A DNA stretch of 64,000 nt, from positions 1 through 64,000 of the IMG/VR virus record IMGVR_UViG_3300031519_000015; one strand, given 5' to 3'. Below, piece by piece: positions 9,401 to 20,500 of this stretch (positions within the stretch are counted from its first letter, which is position 1; each line of letters opens with the position of its first letter). The position numbers and the translations under genes are program-made. Source of the stretch: a virus (taxonomy: Duplodnaviria > Caudoviricetes). The notes beneath the pieces were generated by a model. It saw only the letters and a list, made by a program, of their open reading frames with translations. It searched no databases and was not told the DNA's origin.

Positions 9401-11517
9401 CAGCTGAAGGTGGCGCTGGAGCAGGAGTCAAGTCAGCCACGGTTAAAGCACAAACAGCAAATATTAATGTTCAAAAAGTTAATTCTGGTGGCACGGGCGA
9501 TTCCGGTAGTGGTGGGGGTATAGCTGGATCAGTTTCTAGCATGGTAAAAAGAAGTCCTGCAACTGCTTTCCAAGCTGGTAAAATGGGATTACAAGCTGGC
9601 ATACCGGCGGCTACGAAGTTAAAAGCAGGATATGACATGTCTAAGATGGGCATGTCTACTAAAAACATGTCAGGTCTTACTAAGGCAGGCGGCATGTTCC
9701 AGCAGGGTGGTAGCCAAGCTCAAAAATTTGGATCTAAAGTCGCTGACTTTGGTGGTGACGTTGCATCAACCGTTAAAACTAAGGCTGGTAACTTTGGCAA
9801 AGTAGCTAAAATACAAGGTCAAAGGGCTGGCTTAAGAGCAGCTGACATGGCTAGCGATGCCAAAGCTGGATTTAATACTGGTGGTAAACTTAGCTACTTT
9901 GATCGTTCAATGATGAGTGCGGATGATATTGCAGCGGCTGATAATGCCACATCAAATATTGGTGGTAAAATGGGATCAAGAGCAAAAGACGCTTTGGGTC
10001 GTGGTAAAGATTTCGCTACTAGAGCTGCTGATAAAGTTATGGGAGCAAAAAATGCTGACAAGCTAGCATCTCGTACCAAGGGGCTGGTTGATTCAGCCAA
10101 AAACATGGCTGGAAGAGCAGGAAACAGCAAAATTGTACAAGGTGGTAAAGATTTATTATCTAATGCTTATAAAGGCGGCAAAGGTTTTGTTGGAAATGTA
10201 TCTCAAGGTATGAAGTATGCTAAGGTTGCTAATCAAATGGGTCCAATGGGACCAACAGACGAGTTAGCAAGAGCTGGCGTACAAAAAACAGTTGGTGGCA
10301 GGATGGGAGCAGGCGCTAAGAAGCTGATGACGAAGGGAACAGACCTAGCAACCAAATACGCTCCGGGTCTTTCAAAGGGAGTTGGTGCGGGAGGTAAGCT
10401 TCTTAGTAAAGCGCTTGGACCCGGAATGGCTGTAGCAGACTTGGCAATAGGTGCATATAAAGGAGCTACATCTGACTCTAATGTTAGAGCTGCTAAAGAC
10501 GAAGAAGGCAATGTAGTTGGTCCGGGCTTGATTGCTGACAGAGCATTAGACGAGCAAAGTTCTCTTTATAAAGGAACTGCTGGAATGTTAACTGGTAGCG
10601 CTACAGTTGGTGGTTCTATTACAGGTAGTATGCTTGGTGTTCAAGAGGGTGGTACTGCTGACCAAGTAATGGCTGGTTACGAGTCGATGGGTAGAGGAGC
10701 AGCCATTGGCGCAAGTATAGGATCTTTCGTTCCGGGCGTTGGAACAGCTGTAGGAGCTGGCGTTGGAGCAATTGTTGGTGGTGGGGCAGAATTAGTGAAG
10801 AGTGGTGGTCAGCTGATGGAAGAAAGAAAAGTAGCATCTGAATCAGCTAAAAAGACAGAAAGTATGAGGACAGCCAGTGTAGATGATTCTGGACTAGACG
10901 TATTAGAAAGAAACAAGGCAAAGGAGCAGGCCAGATTACAAGATGAAATGGCTATGGCTCAATCCTCTGGAAACACTCAAGAACAAGAAAAAATACAGTC
11001 TAGACTTGCAGAAGATGAACAATCAAGAAGAAGTAAAAGAAAAGAAAATAGAAGTTACTTCTCTGCGTTTACTGATTCTATTGGCGCAACTGACACAACA
11101 GCTGACAGCGAAGAATACAAACAATATCAAAAAAGTCAACGTACAGCTGGCGCTAGTCCAGCAGCTGCTGGAGCCGTCCCATCTCAAAAGAATGTAGCGG
11201 CTACTGGTCAAGTCGCTCAGGCTGGAGCAGGAGGGGTTGGACTTGATCCAGAATTATTAAATAAATTCTCCGCATCTCTAGAGAAGTTTAATACTGATTT
11301 ATCTGCTAATATAGATAGATTAGAAAATACTAAATTAGAAATTAAATTAGCTGATACAAATGTTAGTGTAAATATTAATGACGGTGGAGTACTTCAGAAA
11401 CTTACACAGTTGATGGGTGACGTTGTGAGTCAGAAGATTGAAGAGAAATTAGCTGAAACTAGACAAAACCCAGATGGTAGTAATGCTGCACCATCTTCTA
11501 GCCAGTTGTCAAACTAG
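3424..11517 (+). CDS. Tail tape measure protein (2697 aa)
   Basis: The N-terminal region has the TP901-type tape-measure signature (FERQLVKISQVTG...LSQAGL...DALAKSDLAPTFD...LNAVAGQFAVEAGDL). Also long Ala/Gly/Gln-rich helical and coiled-coil tracts, Gly-zipper hydrophobic segments, and two GGxV..DTVPAxLTPGEFV motifs typical of TMPs. Confidence 0.92.
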   Translation: MSKFVLTAQLQLQPPSNVGQVVKNLQSQLNSVNVNVKAKGAQQAQQQIQQLSGSMKTANKEAKGLGDSLQISVKRFAGLAIATRAVSLFTNTLGGAIRDAISFERQLVKISQVTGKTMGDLRDLTNEITRLSTNFGVAADALLNVSRVLSQAGLNANQTRVALDALAKSDLAPTFDDITQTAEGAVAIFNQFKQGAGALEGQLGSLNAVAGQFAVEAGDLIAVIRRTGGVFKQAGGDLNELVALFTSVRSTTRESAESIATGLRTIFTRIQRPETIKYLKQFGVQLTDLEGKFIGPYKAVGELSKALAGLEEGDLRFVEIAEQLGGFRQIGKVLPLIKEYSVAQRALAVAQAGSNSLAEDAAKAQQTLAVRIQNVAGEFAALVRSISETGTFQTMANTALVLASALIKIGEAVKPLIPLLGALAAIKLVKGMQGMMGGMASMAGGGKGVMGFNRGGVVPGSGNGDTVPAMLTPGEFVIKKSSVQKLGASNLQRMNNNKYAKGGKIEVQKGKIGGFFLRPEQGEDTEGNIKGKYEVTNANALSQLGKLKSTKNASKLGSELNEYANNLTKVEQIEKGFITKGQNKYTPGKNQTLSLSGNMSAANKKRKDQVAEEYKKDLGSGSARVAGQEVEFGGSISGFFPGDPNSTSPQIAKLVKQQTERGLRATVKATVSKIKQQGLLSAGVIQAQDPKKEDVLNNLFVAGGAGDTVEGFVNEGIISAISGAKMGGAGTLFDYPSSSLKGEGVKDKLQAMFGGDMSSLVKADAKRTSNSGTFESITEKIVGDINKGNFEGTNLKQMATGGPVGTDTVPALLTPGEFVVNRASAKKIGYGSLNRMNKVAKYADGGVVQKFAGGTTGTGVKPVASSGIAAGSAGLNVDGLQQAYKVLETDIKSHSIVIQESKAASERLYKQEDELTNRIRSVDDSMVKLREGAEEGAKGEKAMKRATDLKVKLETQRMAVAEKAISMDEKAAVYEKNKQEAIPRAKAAKQEFMAASQSQAIRSPLKGNIGNSGGGPPNPPSGGGGPPTQTTKDNTDKVKKNTASLESMFMGVMAVNSSVAMFRPTIDATSGALSTGTAAILDSFTTVASQGLAVAAVLQKLGVEANATNFAGLFQKNGKSRVQGKIGGLARSAGEKIAGRFKASPEQAVAFGQSLGSAAQAMTPFVAALGTSVAAVGILNSAITTFYNYQQKLNKAVDEGDVSAAGDAAGGKAQLETANNARSIGAAAGSVIGMAVAGPLGAIVGSIGGAIVGTMTAAVGHFFGAGAAARNLAEANAGVAETMKSLDKDTKKANKAMQAFKDGNGTAVDVMDKFQNSFASANQNLERTSGFATAKGDVTTKDAVEAQENGVITGSLRNAGAYLGGGMLGMETNSTRNERIKEQGSTRAKSLDAAEKSVSAADPAISVMMRQAANAGQTLEQFKADLEQNSKSGRNYLETIKRLDAATENGAGASEDLAQKFKNIAEQAEKTRAAIEAMTLGMAGVNGAANAAAMGLNNYLSSQEAGFSTLANSMSVLENGVTGAANNISTADFNAALGEASGTLRGFGATNDQINKFEANMKGVNAVQRKLPESFKTAQNDLKAAAAKGLAGGGTGTSQKDAVLDVIVKDIKGMNLGAEVEKNILAGIENMDLSQAELEQIELGNFDVLEKKIGDIGGKQLEQVRNAIQKQIEMQKKLNAVVQRRLALEDQYVKAQQRGIGMILEMQEIQAKHGGAAVSPAMREQAAIDSFNKQSEAAGVTGVANASPDQILRNIQDTRGQIAQANETRMDSAGGGTGLSGDAGVELNKNQERLNNLTKAQYDLTKNLISIKQQELSTIKEKNKLERDAMDALIGGDVESFMDNMATQSAQAAIATGDSAAMNMMGGQALGRAAQENKRLEEAGVTEMYGQKLGGPGGLTERGFQAVANNVGIADDSFAKSAAGTTLEETSLDKEIRDLAANLKPLADSMVASAQGDLEVGKAIEDGARKLMKAGEVLESAGKALGGSDVGETAEGGAGAGVKSATVKAQTANINVQKVNSGGTGDSGSGGGIAGSVSSMVKRSPATAFQAGKMGLQAGIPAATKLKAGYDMSKMGMSTKNMSGLTKAGGMFQQGGSQAQKFGSKVADFGGDVASTVKTKAGNFGKVAKIQGQRAGLRAADMASDAKAGFNTGGKLSYFDRSMMSADDIAAADNATSNIGGKMGSRAKDALGRGKDFATRAADKVMGAKNADKLASRTKGLVDSAKNMAGRAGNSKIVQGGKDLLSNAYKGGKGFVGNVSQGMKYAKVANQMGPMGPTDELARAGVQKTVGGRMGAGAKKLMTKGTDLATKYAPGLSKGVGAGGKLLSKALGPGMAVADLAIGAYKGATSDSNVRAAKDEEGNVVGPGLIADRALDEQSSLYKGTAGMLTGSATVGGSITGSMLGVQEGGTADQVMAGYESMGRGAAIGASIGSFVPGVGTAVGAGVGAIVGGGAELVKSGGQLMEERKVASESAKKTESMRTASVDDSGLDVLERNKAKEQARLQDEMAMAQSSGNTQEQEKIQSRLAEDEQSRRSKRKENRSYFSAFTDSIGATDTTADSEEYKQYQKSQRTAGASPAAAGAVPSQKNVAATGQVAQAGAGGVGLDPELLNKFSASLEKFNTDLSANIDRLENTKLEIKLADTNVSVNINDGGVLQKLTQLMGDVVSQKIEEKLAETRQNPDGSNAAPSSSQLSN
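4777..4854 (+). repeat. TMP internal motif copy 1 (FNRGGVVPGSGNGDTVPAMLTPGEFV)
   Basis: Protein-level repeat of 5815-5880. The DNA is also similar (gatacagtccccgct...cccggagagttt versus gatacagttcccgca...cccggtgagttt). Confidence 0.85.
5815..5880 (+). repeat. TMP internal motif copy 2 (MATGGPVGTDTVPALLTPGEFV)
   Basis: Second copy. Both copies are followed about 20 aa later by YA(K/D)GG. Confidence 0.85.
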
Positions 11518-11526
11518 GAAAATAAA

Positions 11527-14500
11527 ATGGAATGTTCAGTCAGTACTCAAAGGTCAAGCCCTAAAGCTATTAGTAAAATAAGAGCTGGCGCACCTATAGC
11601 TAACATAACAACCAGCGATTCTTTTTACGCCACTCAAGAAGCTTTAGCTTCTAATGCTACCGTTTTCAGAAAGGTTGATGGGAAATTTAAATCCTCTAGT
11701 TCAGTTAGAGGAACTATTTCTGTAATTGTAAATATAGGTATTGATACTGATATTGACATTATATCTTCTGTGATTGCTGGCGCTTTTGGTTCTACAGATA
11801 CGACATTAATAGAACAAATATTGAATCAATTTATATCTGATGGTAAAGCTGATGGTACTATTACAGATGATATGTCTGACTCTGAAATTACTAAATTATT
11901 TTTAGACTATTTAGAGTCCAGCGGTTTCTCTAACTCTACAGATTCTACAAAAGAACGGTTAAGTGGCTCTGGTTCTATAAGATTTATAGATGTAGAAGAC
12001 GTAGAAGTATCACTTACATCACCAACAATAAACAAAATATATATTAAAGCAAGGACTCCTCGCGTAGATCCATATTTTAATGCTTCCGATGAAGATGGAA
12101 CTTCTTATGGTGGCGCTTTAAGCAGGAAAGAAAAAAATGGTAAAATTGTTGCCAAGGCCAAGGGTGGAGTTATCTCTTGTAGATCTAGAGTTGCTGGCAA
12201 GTCTAAGTTTACTAACACCTATGTAGATAAAATTGGCGGTCACGTTAAACAAATTAACAGACTGAGAGATTTCTCAGCAACTCAAAAATTTTATCCTATC
12301 AAAGATATAAACATAGAAAAGAATAATGTTTCCTTTGTAAACAAAGCTCTTGACCCCAGCGGTTTATACAGAAGTGTAGACGAAGGATTATTTACTGGTA
12401 ACTATACTAAGTCATTTAAAGTCAGTTCACGTATCTCTGACGAGTTTGGAAGTTTTATTCAACCCTCATCTGTATACTCAGAAGGTAATTTTAACTACGA
12501 ATGTGAATTAACTCCTCCTAGAATTAAGCCAATCGAAAACTTCTTGTTTATTCGTGCAGCAGCTCCAATGTCAGTATTAGAGTCTGATATACCACCAGAG
12601 TATAGAATACATAACATTAGGTGGACAGACCCATCTGGTAATATAATATCTACTTATAAAGACATTAAGGTTAGAGGTGATAGTAAATTTAGTACTGAGG
12701 ATGAGAATTATAATTTTGCTACATATGTAACAGAGCCTATTATAAATAACGCTAAGAGACCTAACTGGGATACGTATGAAAAACTTCCTATATTAACAGA
12801 GGCTAGTGGCTATAAGCTTAATATGGATTTTGAGGTAACGTGTTTTCACAAACCATTTTCTCCAGAGTTTAATAAAGGTTATGAAGAGGGGTGCAGTTTA
12901 GATTTTGTAATAACTGGTGATAATGATTATATTGGGTTGGATGGATCTCCGCTATCCACTCAAACTCAGGGTTTTGATTTTACTCCTAATAATTCTATTA
13001 GAATATCAAACATTGAAATTGCTGCTAGTGGATCTAAAGGTCCATTTGTAGAGAATTACATACCTCTTTACAATCTGCCTCCAACAGAAAGTTTAAGAAC
13101 CACAAGAAAGATTTATCCTACAGAAATATTATTGCAAGACTATACCACCCGTGTGCATCCAGAAGTACAAACTTTATGGAGATCTTCACCAGACAGGGGC
13201 GTTTATTCATTTAACAATACAGTTAATGACAAGGCTGGTATGAAAAAAGCTTTGATAGACTTCCAATCAGAAAGGTATATAGAATTAATATCAACTAGTC
13301 CAATCTCTGATTCTGGTAAATTAAAAGTTAAATTTGAACATCAACCTCCAGTTTCTGTAAAACAACCGACAAATGGAGAGTGGGGCTTGGGAGGCAAGAA
13401 TAAGTATAGTAGACTTAATAGTGCTAAGGTTGAATTAGTGTCGGGGCCAGACGAGTTTTTCCAAGTAGACTCAATTGAACTACACGTTAGGGCTAAAAAA
13501 GCTGTTGGAAGTCGTGATTATGTTTTAGATGTTGTGGGCTTTACGGACGATGGTTTACTCAATGTTTCTTCTGCTGTTGGTGGATTTTTACAGAACAAAG
13601 ATTCTGGAACTGGATCAATACCAATAACATCAGGATTCAAACAATCCAACTATCTGACTTCTTCAGCAGAAAGCGTTTCGTCTAGAGAAGGTTTCTTTGA
13701 AAAGACAACTACTGCAAATGCGGGGGGCGATCATTATCTTCTTAGCACTGCTCCGGTGGTTAATTCTACTGAACTACAAGACTATGTAATACCTCTTAAA
13801 ATTTATAGAAGTACAGACAAGTTTGGCTTACAAGAAGACTATTCTGGATCTAACAACTTTGAATCTTTAATACTTGATATATTTCCTTTACCTACAGGCG
13901 CTGTAATAGCTAGAGTAGATTTAGAAGTAAAGTATATACCTTCTAATGCGATTACCATGCATACACTTGGTCATGGCTCTCAAGAAGTATCTAGAAGGTA
14001 CGCATCTTTGCAGTTAAATAAAATGGGCAGTAATGACGACAGGCTAAATTCTATATGGACTGAAAAGCCTTTATCTCTCATAGAAAATATACCACATGCT
14101 TATACAGCTCCTGCTACACTTAAAACCAATTATGCTAGAAGGTGGAGAGGTGTTGACGGAGGTATAAAGTCTGGACCTTTCCAAGCAGATCAGTTTGACT
14201 TAGCATTTGAGAATCCACCTCTTTACTATCCATTCACCAAGGGTCACTATCTCTTTAACGATATACATATCAACCCAGCTTTTGATCCCGATAATAATAT
14301 CAATACAATATACTCTGACCAAAACCCAGAGATATCTAATACTGCCACTTATGTTGGTAATCTAACAGGTAATCTTGTCAAAAATATTGGCATGAGATTC
14401 CAGACTGACAAGTTATTTGCAACGCAAGATAGAGACTATAGAACAATAGATTGGACCACTGCGGGTCATGAGCTGTATGGTCAAATTACAGACGGTTTTG

Positions 14501-17500
14501 ATAACGCCATACGTGTTAATCAAGCTTCTAACAATATTAATTTTGGAGATATCAATACTAACAATGGATTCTCTGTGTTCGTTAGATTTTCTCCAGACAT
14601 CTCTGTTAGCGGTGCTGATTACAACCTGTTTAATTCTGGGGTCTTGGTTTCTAAGTGGGATTCAGGTAAAGATCTTGAGTTTACGTTGGGGTATAAAGAC
14701 GGCAAGCTTACTGGACACGCACGAGATAATACTGGTAATGTGGTAACAGTTCAAGATCCTCTTTCTTATACAAATTACTCCTACCCTCTTGCAGCTGTTC
14801 TTACTTATAATGATCAACTGTCGGGTAAGCTAAGATTATACACAGATAATGAAATTGCTAGTGGAAACTTTAATGCGTTAAGAGCTTCCTCGTCTGCGTT
14901 CACAATACATTCTAGTGATAGTGATTTAGTAGTTGGTAACTCATACGGCTCAGGTGTTGGCATGAGTGCGTTTATAACAGAGTTTGGCATAGCTGAAAGT
15001 AATCCTTCTGGAACTTTAATTGTTCCATCAAAAGCTAATATTACTAGACAAGAAAGTAACATAGATAGATTTTTTGATTCGTTTAGATCTAAATTCTGGA
15101 ACGTTGGAGAAACATATAAAGATGAACGATTTAAGATTTGGGACTTTATAAATGAAGAAGCTAGCCAGTGGCATATCGGAGGATTTAAGTTCTGTGAATT
15201 TGGTGCGTCTTTTGACACAATGACCAATAGGATTGGTCAAGACTTAATAATTCATGACCATCAAACTAGCGGTGAAACTTATGGCACAATATGCGACACC
15301 CCCTTGCCTAATAATGTTTTGGCTTCTGGTCTTTCTTATCACACTCAAATAGAAAATGATTTCTTAAGAATACATTTAGATGATGTAAGAAGTAAATTTA
15401 TTGCAGCCGCTCCAAGACTTGTTAAAACTTTTCCAAGAAGTTATGATCCTGCTACAGAAGCTATTGCGGTTGACACAATTGTAGAACATGACACTACTGG
15501 TGACATACAGTGGCCTGATGGTAATGTTGGTCCTAAGATTATAGTTAGTCTTTACACTAAGAGAAAAGAAACTGACCTTTTTGACACAACAAACTGGGGT
15601 TTAATTAATCGAGATTATCATTACGTTGGACCTGAAGACTGTTGGCAGAAACTTACTAGTAAATTTACTGTAGGAAATATAACTGATAAAACTACAGAAC
15701 CTTGGTCAAATTTCAACCGTGACCAGTTAATAAAAGAAACAGATCATTATCTATACTCAAATGATATTAATGATATGTTCTTGCAGTATGATTTAGCTTA
15801 TCCTTCTGGTGATTTTAGGTCTCAGGTTAGAATGCATTCGGCTGAAGTTAGGCTTGAAGATGCGTTACATCTTAAAGATGTTTTATATATAGATGATTTT
15901 ACTCTTTACGCTAGTGGAGAACCTAAAGCTTTTGAGAATATGAATTTGTTCTGTCAGGAACCAATTTATTATAACACGCCAGAAATGAACATATTTGCTT
16001 CTGGAGGACTAATGCCACATATTAGTGGGGGCATGAACTTCTACAGCTCTGGTATTGGTCTTTTGTCTGTTGGACCTATGAGCCTCTTTACAACAACTCC
16101 TGTTGGTATTGTTTCGTCATTACACGAACAGCCGGGAATGATTTTGCATACAAATGGTATCGAAGACTTCTTCAGTAATAATGGTGGAAACTTTGGATCT
16201 CTTGGTTTGGAATATCAAGATAATAAAACCAACGACGTTATGTTTGGTGCTGTTGGTGATCTCGGTAGGTCTTCGACGATTATGGCAATGTATGCTCAAA
16301 ATGATGATTTATTTAACGGTCCACACTCTTTGGCTCAGGCTCCTTTGTTTGTTAGAGCTATGGATGAAAATGGGAAAGATCACAACAATATTAATTTACA
16401 ATTTAATTTATACACAGAAGGTTCATCTGCATACTTTTATAGAGATGAAATAAAAGGGATAACAAAGAAGGGGTTGTATCAACAACTTAACTTTATTGTT
16501 AAAACAGACGATATAGAACAGACATCTTCTGGCAATATGAATTTTTATGTTAATAGTTTTGATCCAACTATATTCCATGCTAACGGATCTATGCCACTTC
16601 ATACTGTAAATGTAAATCCAATTAATGATTCTCAAAATTATCTAACATCCTTCTACTGGAATGGTTCTAATGTTGGTAGTGCAATTGATATTAGAGATAA
16701 TTACAGGTTGGAATATGATGCTAATGATGAAATACGTGGCGTTGTAACTATGTGCTATGGAGATTGTGACAATAACGGAAACTGCATAGAGCAACAACTA
16801 TATACGCACGACACTCTGTGGCTAGATACGCAATGTATACCGGGAGGTGTAATTAGACCTATAAATGTATACAATAATAGTGAGACTATTGGCTACAACA
16901 CCATAGAAACAGGATACAGGAATAATTATTATGGTGTTAGAAAATTCACAAATTTGATACCGGGACAACCTTACGACATTACGATTTCCGCACAGTCTGC
17001 TGAAGAAGGAATACTGGAAGTTCCTAGAGAAATTAATGAGATGGCCTATGGATCAACCGATGAAGTAGATTACAGCGGAATTAAATTGGTTGCTCCAAAT
17101 GGCAAACGTAATATCTTTGATGAGTTTGCGTACTCAGTAGATATCGCAGGTGATTTGATGGCTGTTGGCGTTCCTCATTTTGACCTAGAAGACAATGGAG
17201 AACCAATACCAAACGCTGGTTCAGTTTTTGTATACAGAAGGAATCCAGCACCAAGTGGTTATGATTGGTCCACTCAAGATGATAGAGCCGGATGGTCTTT
17301 TGAATCTCAGTTAGCAATGCCTAGTGGTTTCAGACTTGATAGGTATAAAACCCAAGTCGTAGATATCTCAGAGGGCAAAAAGGTTATTGGTCAAGCTAAT
17401 CAAAGACAGTGGATAAATGGTCAGAAAGGTAGAGAGCTTGGACACTCCGTTGCAGTATCTTCTCACAATGGTAGAGAAGTTATTATTGCTGGAGGTCCGG

Positions 17501-20500
17501 GTGGTGTTTGGCAAAGAAACTTTGCAGGTTTAGATCCTGACCCAGTAAGAGTAATACTATTTGTATTTACTGACGAGTTTATTCCTACTATACCTTGGCC
17601 TCGAAGTGCAAGCCGACCAACAAGTATAGACTACAGAGAAATACTGAAATATATCACAGAAAGAGATACATACTTTAGATATTATTGTGATCCAGCTGTT
17701 AAATTTGATGTTCAAATTGTAATATGTGAGGGAATATTGGGTACATCTTCAGAAGCATCTCCTAATTTTGAAGATGACACAGTAACACCCCCAGACTTCA
17801 TACATAAGCGTCAGATACATAGAATGGGCGTGTTTAATAATGTAGAAGACTTTAGACAACAGCAAGATTTAATAGTTTCTGAACTTAAAACTATATACCA
17901 AGACTTATTCCCAAGAAATGATTCTATAGTAAATAATGGAATGCCTCCAATACTTGGTTTTTATGTAGATGACAGTCTATCTTATGGTACTAGGGCTTTA
18001 GGCTCTTCTTTGCCAGATAGAATTGAAGGTGGAGTTTTAGAGAGTTTCCAAAATTGGCTTTCTGATTACACATATGAAAATGGTTTAACGGATTATACTG
18101 GAGCTGCCGCAAGACCATTCTTCTACAAGAAAGTGGCTCGTGATGAAGGTTGGGTATCGCAGGCAGCTTCTATTTTAAATTCAGCGTTAGATAGAGATAA
18201 CCTATTCGACGGTGGAGCAGTAAGATTATTTGCCAACAACTTAGGCACGTTTACAGAGGGCTTATCTGAGTTCAATATAAACGCACCTAGTGGTGGAGCT
18301 GCTTACATTTTTGAAAATTTAGACTACGGATGGGAACTAACTCAAGAGATATTATCACCAACTACTAACAATAATCAATACATTGATAGATATGCCCACG
18401 ACGTAGCAATTAGCAAACATGGCAACGCAATAGTTATAGGTTCACCCTTTATAGATGAAGCTGTTCAGATTTACGAGCATAATCCTGATTCTTCATTTTA
18501 CTTCAGTCTTATTAGCTGGTTAAGAAATTATGGTCCACAGGATACTTCTTATGGAGAAATATATCAAGCTGCTAGAAGTCTTAATAATAATTTAAAAGGA
18601 TCTATTACTAGTAGTCAACAGCTGTCTGTAGCTAAAGACATATTCTATAATTCGTTAAGTCCTAGTGGAAGATTTGAATTTAGATTGTATCGGAATGAAC
18701 ACGACGGTGCGGACTATAGAATTAGAAAAACTTATAAATATAGCGACCTTGGTGCTGGGCATAGCTGGGATTGGTTGGCTAAAGACCACATGCCTTCTTC
18801 TAGAATGGGATATAGCGTCGATGTCAATTCAGACGGAACAACCGTTGTCGTGGGCTGTCCGACTGATAGTTTAGGCGCAAGAGATGCAAGTATATTTTGG
18901 TACAAGCCCGGTGTTGGTTGGAGTACCGATACTGCTCAGTGGTTCTCTAATGTAAATGCCGGTTCAATTAGAATATTAGAAGGTAGAAAATATTATCCTC
19001 ATGATACTGTTATGCAGTATGGAGTATTCGGCAATCTAAACAGGACGCTAGCTGGGGCTGATCAAGACACTCCACTGTATAATCATTATCACAATGCTTT
19101 TACTAGTAGGAATATTAAATACATAGAATCTGAATTTACTGATCCAGAAATTCCAGAAAATGTTGGAACTTTAATGATTATTACGCCAGAGGTTGACTCT
19201 CTGAGTGAAGAAGTTGTGAAAAATATTAAAGATTGGCTTGCTCTTGGCGATAGAAATTTAGTATTAGTGGGCGATGATCCTTTCTACGAAACCGACGAGA
19301 AGGGCAATCAAGGAGCTTATGCTAGATCAAATGATATTTTAAATAGATTACTAAGTAATTTAGATTCTAGGATGAGAATAGAAAAAGCAGCTACCCGCTA
19401 TGAATCAATGGTTGATCAGGACACTGGTTTGTATCTAAATGTTCAACCTTCTTATGTTCCTCAAGTGGGCAAAGAAGCACCAAGACCAATGCGTTCGTTT
19501 ATTACTGGCACTAACATAAGAGGCTCTGGAGTTGGTGATATTAGATTTTATGATGAAGGAATATCTGATAGTTACCAGTGTCAGAAAGCACCAGAGTATA
19601 GCATACTGCAAGGTCTGGACCAATTGCCTTTCCAAGAAAAGAAAGGCTATGAATCTGTTAACTATAAGTGTGAACTGCCTATTAAACACAAGGGCGACTT
19701 AAGAGCTTCTTGGTGGGATGAGTGTGAAAAGGAGACACCAAGGGGAATTATACTTGTTCCGTATCAAATAAACCTTGCCTTCCAATACGGCAGTCATCAA
19801 ATTCAAGATTGGGGATGCGATGTAGAAGCTAAATCTAGAACAGATAGGTTGACAGAAGGAATGGAACCAGTTCCTATTTTAGCCGCTGCTGAAAGATTAA
19901 ATAAAGTACAATTTAATGAAGGAAGTCCAGAGGAAATTTATGAAGAACGATATGTCTCTGGTCAAGAGTTTGTACCTAGAAATACAAAGCAGTTTACTAG
20001 TAATGTTAATTCTACAACACCACACTTTTATTGGACTGCTGAAAGTGGTAATTTTTCATCTATAAATTACAATTATTATAATGTTCAAAGATCTAGAAGT
20101 AAATTCTTAGAAGTCGGCAATCCTATACTGGAAGAAAATAACAAGACAGCTATAGCTATGGCTAAGTCTGAAATACTAGAATCAAGCAATGAAGTAATTG
20201 AACCTATAACGGATAGTTTCCCTGTAGCCGCTAGAGAAGCGTATGGTCCATCAGAAGTACATTTGATATCTATGCTTAAAACAGAATCTGTAAGCATACT
20301 GAACTGGAGTGACGACGCTAATGGTAAGTTCTATATGAATTTGACAGATAAAGCGACTGCTGGACAGCTAGGTGGTGGAGCAAGAATTATTCAACTTGGA
20401 GGCTTTACTGGTAATGACAGTTTCCGTCAAGCATACCCACGGGTTGAATCTGGCGAAGGATCTAGCTTACGTCAATTTTTTGAAAATCTTGGTAATTTTG

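Noticed and set aside
4473-11211. Numerous 60-125 aa ORFs antisense or alternative-frame to the TMP (and to the 4112-aa gene)
   Set aside because: They lack RBSs, have low-complexity composition mirroring the sense codons, and oppose the uniform strand of the block.
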